A stretch of 64,000 nt of DNA, from positions 288,001-352,000 of the forward strand of contig CAVQKE010000004.1 of assembly GCA_963713045.1 (NCBI GenBank), given 5' to 3'. The stretch is from an uncultured delta proteobacterium (GTDB lineage: Bacteria > Myxococcota > Myxococcia > Myxococcales > Myxococcaceae). Made by a program: the position numbers and the translations under genes. The notes under the pieces are model-generated. The model worked only from the letters and a program-made list of their open reading frames with translations. It made no database searches and had not been told where the DNA came from. The first letter of the stretch is position 1. Every line of letters starts with the position of its first letter. Positions 19,152 to 28,475 of this stretch are shown here, piece after piece.

Positions 19152-20966
19152 ATGGCCGAGCGCCCCAAGTCCGCCGAACCGGGCTCTCCTGCCGGGCTTC
19201 TGAGCGGGCTCACCGACAAACTGCAGGAACTCGAGTCCGCAGTCCTGCGGCAAGCGGAGCGTTTTAGCGCCGTGCTGGAGATTGGCACCACGCTCGCCTC
19301 GGCGCGCGACGTGGACGCCATTCTCCGTACCGTTGTCGAGCGTCTGAGTTCGCTGTTGGGAGCCGAAGCCGCGACGCTCTTCATGTTGGACGCCCAGAAG
19401 CAGGAGCTCTGGAGCCGCGTATTGCGCGGTTCTTCGCTGGACGAAATTCGCCTGCCGCTGGGCACCGGCATTGCCGGGCATGTGGTGGCCACCGGAGAGA
19501 GTCTGCTGCTGGGGGACGCCTATTCGGACAGCCGCTTCCATCCCAACATTGACCGTCAGTCGGGCTTCAGCACCCGCAGCATGGTGGCCGTCCCGCTGAA
19601 GCATGTCAGCGGTCGCATCCTCGGCGTGGTGGAGGTCCTCCACACCCGGGTCAACGCCTTCACCCCGGACGACCTCGCGCTGGTGGAGGCGGTGGCCACC
19701 CAGATTGCCGCGGTGTTGGACAACGTCCTTTTGTACGAGGAGCTGCGCGCCCAGAACGAAGAGCTGCGAAAGGCCAAGTCCGAACTCTCCGAAGCCTTGA
19801 AGGACCTCGACCTCCTCTTTGAAGTGGAGAAGTCGGTCAGTTCTGCCGAGAAGCAGAGTGACCTGCTGGACGGCATTTTGGCCAAGGCCACTGCCACGCT
19901 GGGCGCGTCGGCAGCTTCCATCCTGCTCGCCGAACAAGACGCCGGGGCGCTCTACTTCAAGAGCGTCACCGGAGAGAAGGCCGAGTCCCTCAAGTCGGTG
20001 AAGCTGCGGCCGGGGCAGGGGATTGCCGGCCACGTGGCGCTGACCGGTCAGGCCGTCCGCGTGACGCTGGCCCAGGCTTCACCGCACTATGACGAGAGCG
20101 TCTCCAGGCGGCTCGGCGTGAAGACGGATGCTGTCCTGTGCGTCCCCATCCGCACCGAGGACCAAGTGGTGGGCGCACTGGAGCTCCTCAACAAGCCCGG
20201 CGGCTTCACCGAGACCGACGAACGGCTCGCAACGCTGCTGGCCGGCCAGGCCGGGCGAGCCATCCAATTGCGGAGAAACCGGGAGGAGGGCGAGCGTCGC
20301 GCGCGGCTGGCGGCCATTGGGCAAATGCTGTCCGGAGTGGTGCACGACTTCCGCACTCCGTTGACGGTCATCAGCGGCTACACCGAGTTGATGTCCGCCG
20401 AGCCAGACGAGAAACAGCGTCAGGCCTACCTCTCGGTGGTGGACAAGCAGTTCGAGCACCTCAACGGAATGATGCGCGAGACGCTGGCCTTTGCCCGCGG
20501 GGAGCGCGAGCTCTTCCTACGCAAAGTGTATCTGCAGAAGTTCGCCTCGGAGATTGAGGAGTACTTGAGGCAGGAATTCCGTAAGTCCCCGGTGCGCTTG
20601 CAGGTGGTGCCGCGCTACACCGGGCCAGCCCGCTTCGATGAGAGCAAGCTGCGGCGAGTCGTCTTCAACATTGCCCGAAATGCAGTGGAGGCCATGCCCG
20701 ACGGCGGAAACTTCCTCTTCAGCATCGACCGGGAGGAGGACGACCTCGTCTTGCGCTTTGAGGACGACGGGCCGGGCATCCCCCCTGAAATCGCCAACCG
20801 CCTCTTCGAGTCGTTCAGCACCGCGGGCCGGACTGAGGGGACTGGACTCGGGCTGTCCATCGTCAAGCGAATTGCAGACGAGCACGGGGGAACCGTCCGC
20901 TGCGAAAGTGCGCCTGGGCAGGGCACGCGTTTCGAGTTTCGCGTGCCGGTCGGTCTGGCCGCCTAA
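19152..20966 (+). CDS. Cytoplasmic GAF-GAF sensor histidine kinase
   Basis: Two GAF domains ('GIAGHV' twice), H-box 'HDFRTPL', N-box 'NIARNA', 'DDGPGI', 'GTGLGL'. Confidence 0.92.
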   Translation: MAERPKSAEPGSPAGLLSGLTDKLQELESAVLRQAERFSAVLEIGTTLASARDVDAILRTVVERLSSLLGAEAATLFMLDAQKQELWSRVLRGSSLDEIRLPLGTGIAGHVVATGESLLLGDAYSDSRFHPNIDRQSGFSTRSMVAVPLKHVSGRILGVVEVLHTRVNAFTPDDLALVEAVATQIAAVLDNVLLYEELRAQNEELRKAKSELSEALKDLDLLFEVEKSVSSAEKQSDLLDGILAKATATLGASAASILLAEQDAGALYFKSVTGEKAESLKSVKLRPGQGIAGHVALTGQAVRVTLAQASPHYDESVSRRLGVKTDAVLCVPIRTEDQVVGALELLNKPGGFTETDERLATLLAGQAGRAIQLRRNREEGERRARLAAIGQMLSGVVHDFRTPLTVISGYTELMSAEPDEKQRQAYLSVVDKQFEHLNGMMRETLAFARGERELFLRKVYLQKFASEIEEYLRQEFRKSPVRLQVVPRYTGPARFDESKLRRVVFNIARNAVEAMPDGGNFLFSIDREEDDLVLRFEDDGPGIPPEIANRLFESFSTAGRTEGTGLGLSIVKRIADEHGGTVRCESAPGQGTRFEFRVPVGLAA

Positions 20967-21035
20967 GGCCGGCTGCGACGTCCGCGCGGTGGGGGCTCCG
21001 GGCCGCGTCCCGGGGCTCAACCGAGCCCATTTACC

Positions 21036-21485
21036 TCAACGCTCCTTGTCGCGCTCCAGGACCTCCGCGTCGAGCAAGTCTTTCGGGCGCCCGGTGGCGC
21101 GTTTGTTCCGGAGAAGCTCATCGCGTCCAATGACGGGAAATGTCAGTCCCTCGAGAAGGGCATTGGTGCGCGACTGCCAAGCCTCTTCGAAGGAGAGAGC
21201 AGAGAGACTGGTGAGAATGTCGATGCGCGCCGGCGCAACGCCGATTTGAAAGACCACGCCGGGCTCGGAGAGGTCCTTCAACGTCACTTGGTGGAGGGGA
21301 GCGCCGAAGCGCCCCAGCGCAGCGTAAGCCTTCTGGGCATTGTCGGCCGTAGAGTCAATCCACAACCCCAGGTCGCCGGTCCCGCGCGGATGGCCGTGGA
21401 AGGCGAGCGCATAAGCACCGACCAGCAAGAAACGGACGTCACCGTCGACGAAGGAGCGCAGTATGTCGACGAAGTTCGGGTCCAA
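21036..21485 (-). CDS. Minimal nucleotidyltransferase-fold protein
   Basis: 'FLLVGAYALAFHGHPRGTGDLGLWI', 'RIDIL', 'NKRATGRPKDLLD'. TTG start at 21485 inferred. Confidence 0.8.
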   Translation of the reverse strand: MDPNFVDILRSFVDGDVRFLLVGAYALAFHGHPRGTGDLGLWIDSTADNAQKAYAALGRFGAPLHQVTLKDLSEPGVVFQIGVAPARIDILTSLSALSFEEAWQSRTNALLEGLTFPVIGRDELLRNKRATGRPKDLLDAEVLERDKER

Positions 21486-21672
21486 GAGGAATCTCCCGTC
21501 CGGCGAGTCTCCATTGCTCGACGCTGAGCCTCCAGGCAAATGCCAGCCGCTCATTCGGAGGAATGCAGCTCCAGTACCAGTCGTCGGAGACATCCAAGGC
21601 CGGCCTGTCAGGGGCTCTCCTGACTAACCGGGTCGTGGAGGTTGCCAGTCGGTTGCGTGCAGCGGCATCCAT
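21439..21672 (-). CDS. Small partner protein upstream of the nucleotidyltransferase
   Basis: 77 aa, GAGGAG upstream. 'DDWYW..IPPNERLAFAWRLS' resembles small ORFs that precede such NTases. Overlaps the NTase start. Confidence 0.6.
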   Translation of the reverse strand: MDAAARNRLATSTTRLVRRAPDRPALDVSDDWYWSCIPPNERLAFAWRLSVEQWRLAGREIPLGPELRRHTALLRRR

Positions 21673-21856
21673 GGACGGGTGACTATAGCTCCTCTGGTGG
21701 ACGCCACGGCGAGGGGCTTGGTGTTGGCGGTCGCGGCGAGCACCTCGAGGATACTGGCGACGGGGCCGCCCGAGCGCACAATGCGCGGCTTAGCCCGGGA
21801 CGAGAAATTCCGAGGCCTGGCGCACGGCTCGAATGTAGCCCAGGGAGGAGGAAGCC

Positions 21857-22384
21857 TCAGCTTTCGGTGCCGCCGGCCTTCTTCGGTGCAAGGAAGCTGA
21901 TGTTGTCCTCCATCCGGGGCTCGTCGGCGGAGAAGGCAGGGCTTTGGAAGGCCTCGAGTAGCTTGGTGTGGGCGTCGATGACGGCCCTAAGGTGAGACTC
22001 GAATTGCGTCCTCTGCCGACGCAACTCGTTGATGTCCTCGATGACTTGCACCAGGCGCTGGTGGGCGGCGTGGACAATTTTCTCCGCCTGAAGCTCGGCA
22101 CCGGAGACGATGACGTCTGCCTCCTTCTTGGCAACGCCCTTGAGGTCATCTGACACGCGTTGGGCCGTCACCATGGTTTGCTGAAGCGTGCGTTCCCGCT
22201 CGAGGTGGTGCTCGAGCTGGCCTTGCACGCGCTTCAGCTCCTCCTTGAGGGCGATGTTTTCCTTCACCACCTCCTCAAATTCCGCGGATAGCAATTCGAG
22301 GAAAGCCTGGACGTCCCGACGGGCCAGACCTCGAAAGGCGGTCGCGAAGCGTTTTTGGCGAATGTCGAGGGGCGTGAATTTCAT
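21857..22384 (-). CDS. divIVA: DivIVA domain protein
   Basis: 'MKFTPLDIRQKRF..FRG...DVQAFL' followed by coiled coil. Confidence 0.9.
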   Translation of the reverse strand: MKFTPLDIRQKRFATAFRGLARRDVQAFLELLSAEFEEVVKENIALKEELKRVQGQLEHHLERERTLQQTMVTAQRVSDDLKGVAKKEADVIVSGAELQAEKIVHAAHQRLVQVIEDINELRRQRTQFESHLRAVIDAHTKLLEAFQSPAFSADEPRMEDNISFLAPKKAGGTES

Positions 22385-22491
22385 GGCGCCCTAGAGCTTA
22401 CCGCCACCCGGCATAGGCCCAAGGAAGCGGCTGTCCCACATCGGGGAAACGCCGGGGGCCGCAGTCCTCTGGCCGCCCCGGGAGGACCGGC

Positions 22492-22746
22492 TTACCTCCG
22501 AGTCCGCGGGGAGGAGCGCCCCTTGCCGGCTGTGGGCCGACGGGGAGGGGGCCTCTTCGGCTTACGGGCCTTGGCCCGAGATGCCGGCGGTGGCTGAGCC
22601 GGAGCGGAGGTTCCATCGCCGTCTGCCCCGACGACTCCTGTCCAACTGGGGGGGTCGCTCGCCGGAAACGACTCCTCGGACGTCTCGTCGACCGTGTCCA
22701 GAGGAGGGGGGGACGCGGTGCGGGACGGAGGGGGGCGGGCGGCCAT
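22492..22746 (-). CDS. Small protein with 'DETSEESFPASDPPSWT' motif
   Basis: Recognisable acidic motif flanked by Pro/basic low-complexity sequence. Start uncertain. Confidence 0.6.
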   Translation of the reverse strand: MAARPPPSRTASPPPLDTVDETSEESFPASDPPSWTGVVGADGDGTSAPAQPPPASRAKARKPKRPPPRRPTAGKGRSSPRTRR

Positions 22747-22853
22747 ACCGGTGCAGCATGGCGACGAAGGTGCCCGGTGGCAACCGGTTCTCCACGTGTG
22801 GCGACGGTGCCTCGGCGGGGCGACGGGGCGACGGGGCGGTGCACCCCCACCCT

Positions 22854-23483
22854 TTACTTCTCCTGAAGGAGGCCCCGTCGCATCGCGAAGCGCGTGACGC
22901 CCTGAGCATCGCGGAGGCCGAGCTTTCGCATCAAGCTCGTGCGGTGGCTGTCCACCGTCTTGTGGGACAGTGCCAATTCAGCGGCGATTTGGCGGTTGGT
23001 GCGCCCCTCAGCTACCCGTCGGAGGACCAGTCGCTCCCTCGGAGTGAGGCGCTCCCAAGCGAGGTCTCGTTCCTCGGTCGGTTGCTCCAGGGCCCGGGCT
23101 GCGTCCGAGTCTAGAAACGTCGAGCCGGCCGCCACCGCCATCAGCGCCGAGACGAGGGCCTCCACGCCGGCTCCCTTCACCACGTACCCAGCAGCGCCGG
23201 CGTCGAGCGCCGCCCGCACGTGGGTACCATCCGCGTGCATGGATAGCACCAGCACCCGTGTCCCGGGGTGGTGCTCGCCAACGCCACGCAGCGCCGTCAA
23301 GCCGCCTCCGTCTAGGCTGAGGTCAAGAAGGAGGACGTCCGGAGCCAGCGCAGCGACCTGTTGCAGCGCAGTGGCCGCGTCCGCCGCCTCGCCCACCACC
23401 TCGACGTCAGGCTCGGATGCCAGGACCGCGCGGACGCCGGCGCGGACCACCTCGTGGTCATCGGCGACAACCACCCGAATCAA
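22854..23483 (-). CDS. NarL/LuxR-family response regulator
   Basis: 'VVVADDHEVVRAG', 'LLLDL', 'GYVVK', HTH 'LTPRE..VAEGRTNRQIA..TVDSHR'. TTG overlaps the kinase stop. Confidence 0.92.
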   Translation of the reverse strand: MIRVVVADDHEVVRAGVRAVLASEPDVEVVGEAADAATALQQVAALAPDVLLLDLSLDGGGLTALRGVGEHHPGTRVLVLSMHADGTHVRAALDAGAAGYVVKGAGVEALVSALMAVAAGSTFLDSDAARALEQPTEERDLAWERLTPRERLVLRRVAEGRTNRQIAAELALSHKTVDSHRTSLMRKLGLRDAQGVTRFAMRRGLLQEK

Positions 23484-24607
23484 CTTCCACCTCCTGCCAG
23501 CGGAAGGGTGACCCGGAGACGCGCCGTTCCGAGTTCCGGCCACTCGACCGCACCGCCGAGGCCCGCCACCCGTTCGCGGATGGAGGTACAGCTTGCCGCC
23601 TCGCCAAACCCGCGGCCATCGTCATCGACTTCCAGGGCCAGCGTGGTGGCGTCGGCCTGCAGGCGGACGACGGCGTGGGAAGCGGCGGCATGCCGAACGG
23701 TGTTGTGCAGTGCCTCTTGTGCAATGCGGTACACCGCCGTCTGGAGCGCTGGCGGAAGCTCCGGAAAGGTGCTGGGCGCCTCGAGGGAAATGTCCACCCC
23801 CGTCGCCTCGGAGTAGGTGGCGCAGTGGCGCTCGAGAGCCCCGAGGAGGCCGAACTCCGCGAGGGGCGCCGGCAAGAGGGCCGAGGTGGAGCGCCGAACT
23901 TCTTCCAAGGCCTCGTCGAGGTGTCGTTCCACCGCGGCAGCCGCGGTGGCGCTCAAACCCTGATGGCGCAGTGCCAAGACTTGCAGTCGAGCGGCGGTCA
24001 GCGCTTGGCCGGCGCCGTCATGCAGCTCTCGGGCAATGCGACGACGCTCCTCTTCTTGAAGCGCCACCCGGCGCTCCGCGAGGAGCGCGGCGATGCGCGT
24101 CTCTGCCCGCGTCACCGTGCGCAGTGGGTACAGGTAGAGGGCTGCGCCCAGGACGAGGGCCAACAGGGCGCAGAAGAAGACCACCACCCAGGTACTCGTC
24201 CACAGAGGCCGGAGGCTCTGGCCAACCCACACCGAGGCGAGCCGTTGGCCAGCCACCACCACGTCGGCGCGACCCCACACGACTGGCCCGTGGGGGAGTT
24301 GACCGAGGTCCACGCGCCGTCCAGCGACATCCCGGACTTCGAGGCCGTCCAAGTGGCCGAGACCTGCGTCCTGGAGTTGCTCGGCGAGTTTTGCCGCGTC
24401 GTAACGCCAGAGGAGCGGTCGGGCACCCATTGCCCGCTCCAGCACGCGCCCCACTTGCGCTGCAGCGCCGCGGGCCCCGCTTGCGAGCTCGCGTCGGCCC
24501 TCCAGGTGGAAAGCAAGTGGCACGGCGGCGGCAAAAAGGCCGGTACTGACAAGCACCAGCGGAATGAGCCGCCTTGCGAAGGGGCGGGCCAAGTCAACGC
24601 GAATCAT
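23480..24607 (-). CDS. Membrane sensor histidine kinase (HisKA_3)
   Basis: Two TM segments, 'ERRRIARELHDGAGQ', 'YRIAQEALHN', 'DDDGRGF'. Confidence 0.92.
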   Translation of the reverse strand: MIRVDLARPFARRLIPLVLVSTGLFAAAVPLAFHLEGRRELASGARGAAAQVGRVLERAMGARPLLWRYDAAKLAEQLQDAGLGHLDGLEVRDVAGRRVDLGQLPHGPVVWGRADVVVAGQRLASVWVGQSLRPLWTSTWVVVFFCALLALVLGAALYLYPLRTVTRAETRIAALLAERRVALQEEERRRIARELHDGAGQALTAARLQVLALRHQGLSATAAAAVERHLDEALEEVRRSTSALLPAPLAEFGLLGALERHCATYSEATGVDISLEAPSTFPELPPALQTAVYRIAQEALHNTVRHAAASHAVVRLQADATTLALEVDDDGRGFGEAASCTSIRERVAGLGGAVEWPELGTARLRVTLPLAGGGS

Positions 24608-25467
24608 CGCGGAGCCTGGGGAAGTGGCAGGTAGCCCGCCACACGCGTCACTGCGCGTCCCTCCGGCGATGCCAGGAAGGCCAGGAACGGCGAGAGGCGC
24701 GCCCGGCGCTCGGGACGAAACACCACCGCCAAGGTGCGCACCGCTGGCCAGCTGCGGTCAGCGAGGGCGTCCACCGAGGGACGAAGCCCTTCCAGCGCCA
24801 AGGGGTGCAGCGGGAGCCCCCAGCTAAGGACAGCACCGAAGCTGAAAACGCCGACGGCGTGGGGTGTCGTCAACAGCGCGTAGGCCATAGCGTCGTCGTG
24901 TACCAAGACGGGGAAACGGGCGGCGGCTGCGCCCGATTCGCGGAGCGGACGAAGTTCGGGGAAGGCAGCTTCTAAAGCGTCATTGGCGGTTTCCTGGGCG
25001 TCCCGCAGCAGCAGCGTAAGGCCGCTCGAGCGCTCACCGGCGTACAGCCGACGCAGTTCACCGCGGGTGAGGCCTTGGCGCTCTACGTCCGGAGCTGCAG
25101 CGAGGACCACCGCATCGAGTGCGAGCGGAATGAACTCCAACGACTTGTCTTCGGTGGGACGCAGGCCTCTGCCCACCAATCCAAGGTCGACGGCGCCGTC
25201 GGCGGCGGCTGCCAGTCCGCCGGCGCTGCCGACGCTGGGCTCGACGTGCACCGGGAGGGCAGGGTGTCTAGCCGCATAAGCCCGGGCCAGCGCCTGGAGC
25301 AATGGCGTGGCTGCCCCAGAACCCATCGCCAAAATGGCATCAGGAGTCGGGGCGAGCACGCCACTGGCCGGAGCCGGAGCCGGTGGAGGCGGGTCTCCCG
25401 CGCAGCCGGTGAGGAGCGCGAACGGGAGAAGAAGTGCCGCAAGACCTTGGGGGCGGGGCGGAAACAA
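24604..25467 (-). CDS. PstS-like substrate-binding lipoprotein
   Basis: Lipobox LLTG-C, 'GSGAATPLL', 'SVGSAGG..AAADGAVDLG', C-terminal 'FLAFLASPEG'. ATGA overlap with the kinase. Confidence 0.8.
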   Translation of the reverse strand: MFPPRPQGLAALLLPFALLTGCAGDPPPPAPAPASGVLAPTPDAILAMGSGAATPLLQALARAYAARHPALPVHVEPSVGSAGGLAAAADGAVDLGLVGRGLRPTEDKSLEFIPLALDAVVLAAAPDVERQGLTRGELRRLYAGERSSGLTLLLRDAQETANDALEAAFPELRPLRESGAAAARFPVLVHDDAMAYALLTTPHAVGVFSFGAVLSWGLPLHPLALEGLRPSVDALADRSWPAVRTLAVVFRPERRARLSPFLAFLASPEGRAVTRVAGYLPLPQAPR

Positions 25468-25724
25468 CCAACTTCAAGTCTACTCCTCCTGGAGCGCGGC
25501 CCGCTAAAATGCCTGGTGTCAGGCGGGTCTCGACTCCGTTCCGAAACCCGCGGTTGGCCATGTTCAGGGAAGAGCCGCCCGGGGATGCCTCCGAGGTCGA
25601 TGGGGTCCAGCTTTGCCATGGTCGCGACGGCGAGCGCGCCGGGTGCGTCGAGCGGCATCTGGCAGGCGTCGGATGTGCTATGTCTCACCCGGCAAACACG
25701 CCGCGCCAGCGCGGGGGGCTCGTC

Positions 25725-26565
25725 ATGCAGGGGATTCGCGTCTCGTGCTGTGGACTGCCGCTCGGTTTGCTTGTTGCCCTCGTTTCCACGAGTGCAGTGG
25801 CGCAGGTTCCGACGCCGGAACCGGTCACCGACCAGGAGACCGAGCTCGGCAAGGCGACCTACGACCAGCTCAGGAAGAGAGCGGGAATCATCCAGTCCTC
25901 GCCGCTCTACGACAACCTGAAGCCAATCGCGGATGCCATCGCCAAGGTGGCTCAGTCACGGTACCCGCACCCGTTCAAGTTCTACCTCGTCCACGAGGCG
26001 CAGCCGAACGCCTTCGCTACGCCGGGAGGCAACGTTTACGTTGTCGACTCACTGCTTCACTTCGTGAAGAACACCGAGCAGCTGGCGGGGACGCTCTGCC
26101 ACGAGGTCTCGCACACCATCCATCGGGACTCGATCACCCTCTTGAACAAGAACAGGCACCTCACGGAGGCCGAGGTCGCCGGAGCAATCCTGGTGGGGGC
26201 GACCAGAGCGGGAGATCATCGCCCTCTTCCTGCTCGGCCGCCTGCAGTCCCTGGGATACTCGCGCGACGCCGAGTCCAAGGCCGACCTGACCGGCTCGGA
26301 CATCTGCGCTGAGGCTGGGTACAACCCCTGGGGGCTGGTCTGGCTGTTCCGGGATTTCCAAAAGGCCGACGTGCATCAGATTCCCCAGCTGCTCTCGGAC
26401 CATCCGGCGAACAGCACGCGGGTCACTACGCTGGAGAAGCATTTCAAGGACAACCCCGGGACGTTCTCGAAGTTCAATTCCGACCCCAAGTCCGCCACGC
26501 CGTTCCGCGTTCCGGTGGATGCCCCCGTGGTCTTCCTGCCTCCGGCGGCTATCCCGGCGCAGTAA
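25725..26565 (+). pseudogene. M48 family metallopeptidase, frameshifted near 26210
   Basis: First frame has 'PNAFATPGG' and 'LCHEVSH'. After an extra G at 26210-26212 a second frame gives 'YSRDAESKAD..GYNPWG..LSDHP' and stops at 26565. Confidence 0.8.
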
Positions 26566-26686
26566 GTTCCTGCCGCGGAACTCCGTCCACGTCACCGGCT
26601 ACTTCCGCTTGCCGCCGGAAGCGGTGGTGGAGATTGGCCGCGAAATTGTCATCTAGGCGTGGCGCTACCCAAAGGCCCGGGCCGCA

Positions 26687-26950
26687 TCACTTCATCGATG
26701 ACGTAAGAGCAGGCGGTGGTTGTGGAGACCTTTCGACGACTTCACCGTCCACCACTACCACCGGTGGGACAAACGCCCTCGGGCGCGTCCAGGAGACACG
26801 ACGAGAAGGATTTGCTGCCGCGGCAGCGTAACGGTTTGCGGTAACCGTTGCGGTCTCGCGGCGCTCCACAAGGGACCGGAGCCAACGAAACACCAGCGTC
26901 AAAACCAGACCCACCAAAAGGCCTATTGCTGCAAAATTGACGAGTCCCAT
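26687..26950 (-). CDS. Small membrane protein, hypothetical
   Basis: ATG at 26950, then one hydrophobic helix 'FAAIGLLVGLVLTLVF'. Confidence 0.4.
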   Translation of the reverse strand: MGLVNFAAIGLLVGLVLTLVFRWLRSLVERRETATVTANRYAAAAANPSRRVSWTRPRAFVPPVVVVDGEVVERSPQPPPALTSSMK

Positions 26951-27084
26951 CGGAGTGAACCCTAAGGGGCCCGTCCGCGGAGTGAATGCCTGCTCTCGGA
27001 GCCAATCCGTTGCCTGGTCATGCGTCGCGCGCCTCCATGGGGGCGGCGATACTGGTCTGGTCATCAATTCCCAGGGGGATGCCG

Positions 27085-27585
27085 ATGAATGCCGTCCGCG
27101 CTCGTTCAGTGTTCGCCGCCACCGTACTCTCGCTGCTCGCCACCGCCGCCCTCGCTGGTCCGGGGATGGAACCCTCCCCGGTTGCCGGACTCAAAGAGGG
27201 AAAGATCGTCTTCGACATCACCGAGGGCGACGGCAAAAAGCTGCTGGTCCGGATCGAATCGATTGAGGAGACGCGGCAGGATCTCATCAAGCAGGGTGTC
27301 ACACCCCGCTTCGTGCTCTCCTTCCGTGGCCCGGCCACACTCTTGGTGCAGTCTGATTTGCAGAAAGTGAAGCCGGAGGACCGGCCCTTCGCCGGCCAAA
27401 TCACCGCGCTTCTCACGCAGCTGTCGAAGTCGCCAGGCGTTGAGAGCCTGGAACAGTGTGCGGTCGCAATTCGCCACATGGGGACCAAGGCGGAGAATGT
27501 CGTCCCGCCCCTCAAGGTCGTGGCGAACAGCTTCGTGACCATCATGGCCTGGGAAGCGAAGGGCTACGCCTACATCCGGGCGTGA
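27085..27585 (+). CDS. Secreted DsrE-like protein
   Basis: Signal peptide, 'KIVFDI', 'SFRGPA', single Cys 'EQCAVA', C-terminal 'KGYAYI'. Confidence 0.75.
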   Translation: MNAVRARSVFAATVLSLLATAALAGPGMEPSPVAGLKEGKIVFDITEGDGKKLLVRIESIEETRQDLIKQGVTPRFVLSFRGPATLLVQSDLQKVKPEDRPFAGQITALLTQLSKSPGVESLEQCAVAIRHMGTKAENVVPPLKVVANSFVTIMAWEAKGYAYIRA

Positions 27586-27741
27586 GCGCTTCTGCGGGGA
27601 CGGCCCAGCGCCAGTCGCCAGCTCTCGCCCCCGAGTGGAGGCGGTCACGCCCAGGCCGGCTCCGGGCTTCCACCGGGGCCAGACGTAAGGCGGTCTCAAG
27701 GTGCGCGCTTCGCCGTTGCACCTTGAGACGTTTCTGTGGCC

Positions 27742-28038
27742 TCACACCGCCGGCTTGAGGGGGTCGTGCTCGGCGATGAGACGGCTCACCCGGGCGTCGT
27801 CAATGCGTGCGCTGAGGCGGCTCGCCTCATGCATGTCGCGGACTGTCTTGGCGAGGCTGAGGGATGAGCCGATGGTGAAGAGCAGGCCCATGGCCATGAA
27901 GCCCTTCGCCCAGGCGTCGACGGGCAGACACCAGATGCCAATGGCGGTGGCCGTGGAAGAGGCGAAGAATGAAATCCAGGACTGCGCCACCCAGGCGGGG
28001 CTGTGGGCGGGAGCCAGTTCGGGTTGGAGTCGCGGCAT
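27742..28038 (-). CDS. YiaA/YiaB two-helix inner membrane protein
   Basis: 'GIWCLPVDAWAKGFMAMGLLF...SLAKTVRD'. GGAGG RBS. Confidence 0.85.
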   Translation of the reverse strand: MPRLQPELAPAHSPAWVAQSWISFFASSTATAIGIWCLPVDAWAKGFMAMGLLFTIGSSLSLAKTVRDMHEASRLSARIDDARVSRLIAEHDPLKPAV

Positions 28039-28056
28039 GGTGGTTTTCCTCCAACG

Positions 28057-28362
28057 CTAGGCGCCGCGGAGGACGTCGAGGCCAAATCGCATCAGAGACA
28101 GTGGGAAGGCCCGAGGGAGCAGGGCCAGCGCCACCATCAGTCCGGCGTGAACGGCCACGGCCGACAGTGGCGTGGCGAAACGAGAGATGGCGACGGTGGT
28201 CAAGGCCGCGAAGCCCAGAAGCCACAGCCAGAAGCTTCCCGCCGCCAGAAGCCCCGTGGCCAGCCCCGCCGGCGAGCCGAGGCACTTGAGGGTGAAAACC
28301 AGCCCGAGCAAAACCCAGCCAGCAAGGAGCAACAGATGGACAGCATTGCGCATCGGTTTCAT
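28057..28362 (-). CDS. Small membrane protein, hypothetical
   Basis: Three hydrophobic helices, AAGGAG RBS, divergent from the LysR gene. Confidence 0.65.
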   Translation of the reverse strand: MKPMRNAVHLLLLAGWVLLGLVFTLKCLGSPAGLATGLLAAGSFWLWLLGFAALTTVAISRFATPLSAVAVHAGLMVALALLPRAFPLSLMRFGLDVLRGA

Positions 28363-28475
28363 GAAAGAGACTCCTTCCGCTTGCGCCAAGGACCGACGGC
28401 GCGGGGAGGGAGGCTGCCCGAATCAGTTGATTCCTTCATTGAACTAATTACGACATGATTGATAAACTGTAGTGT

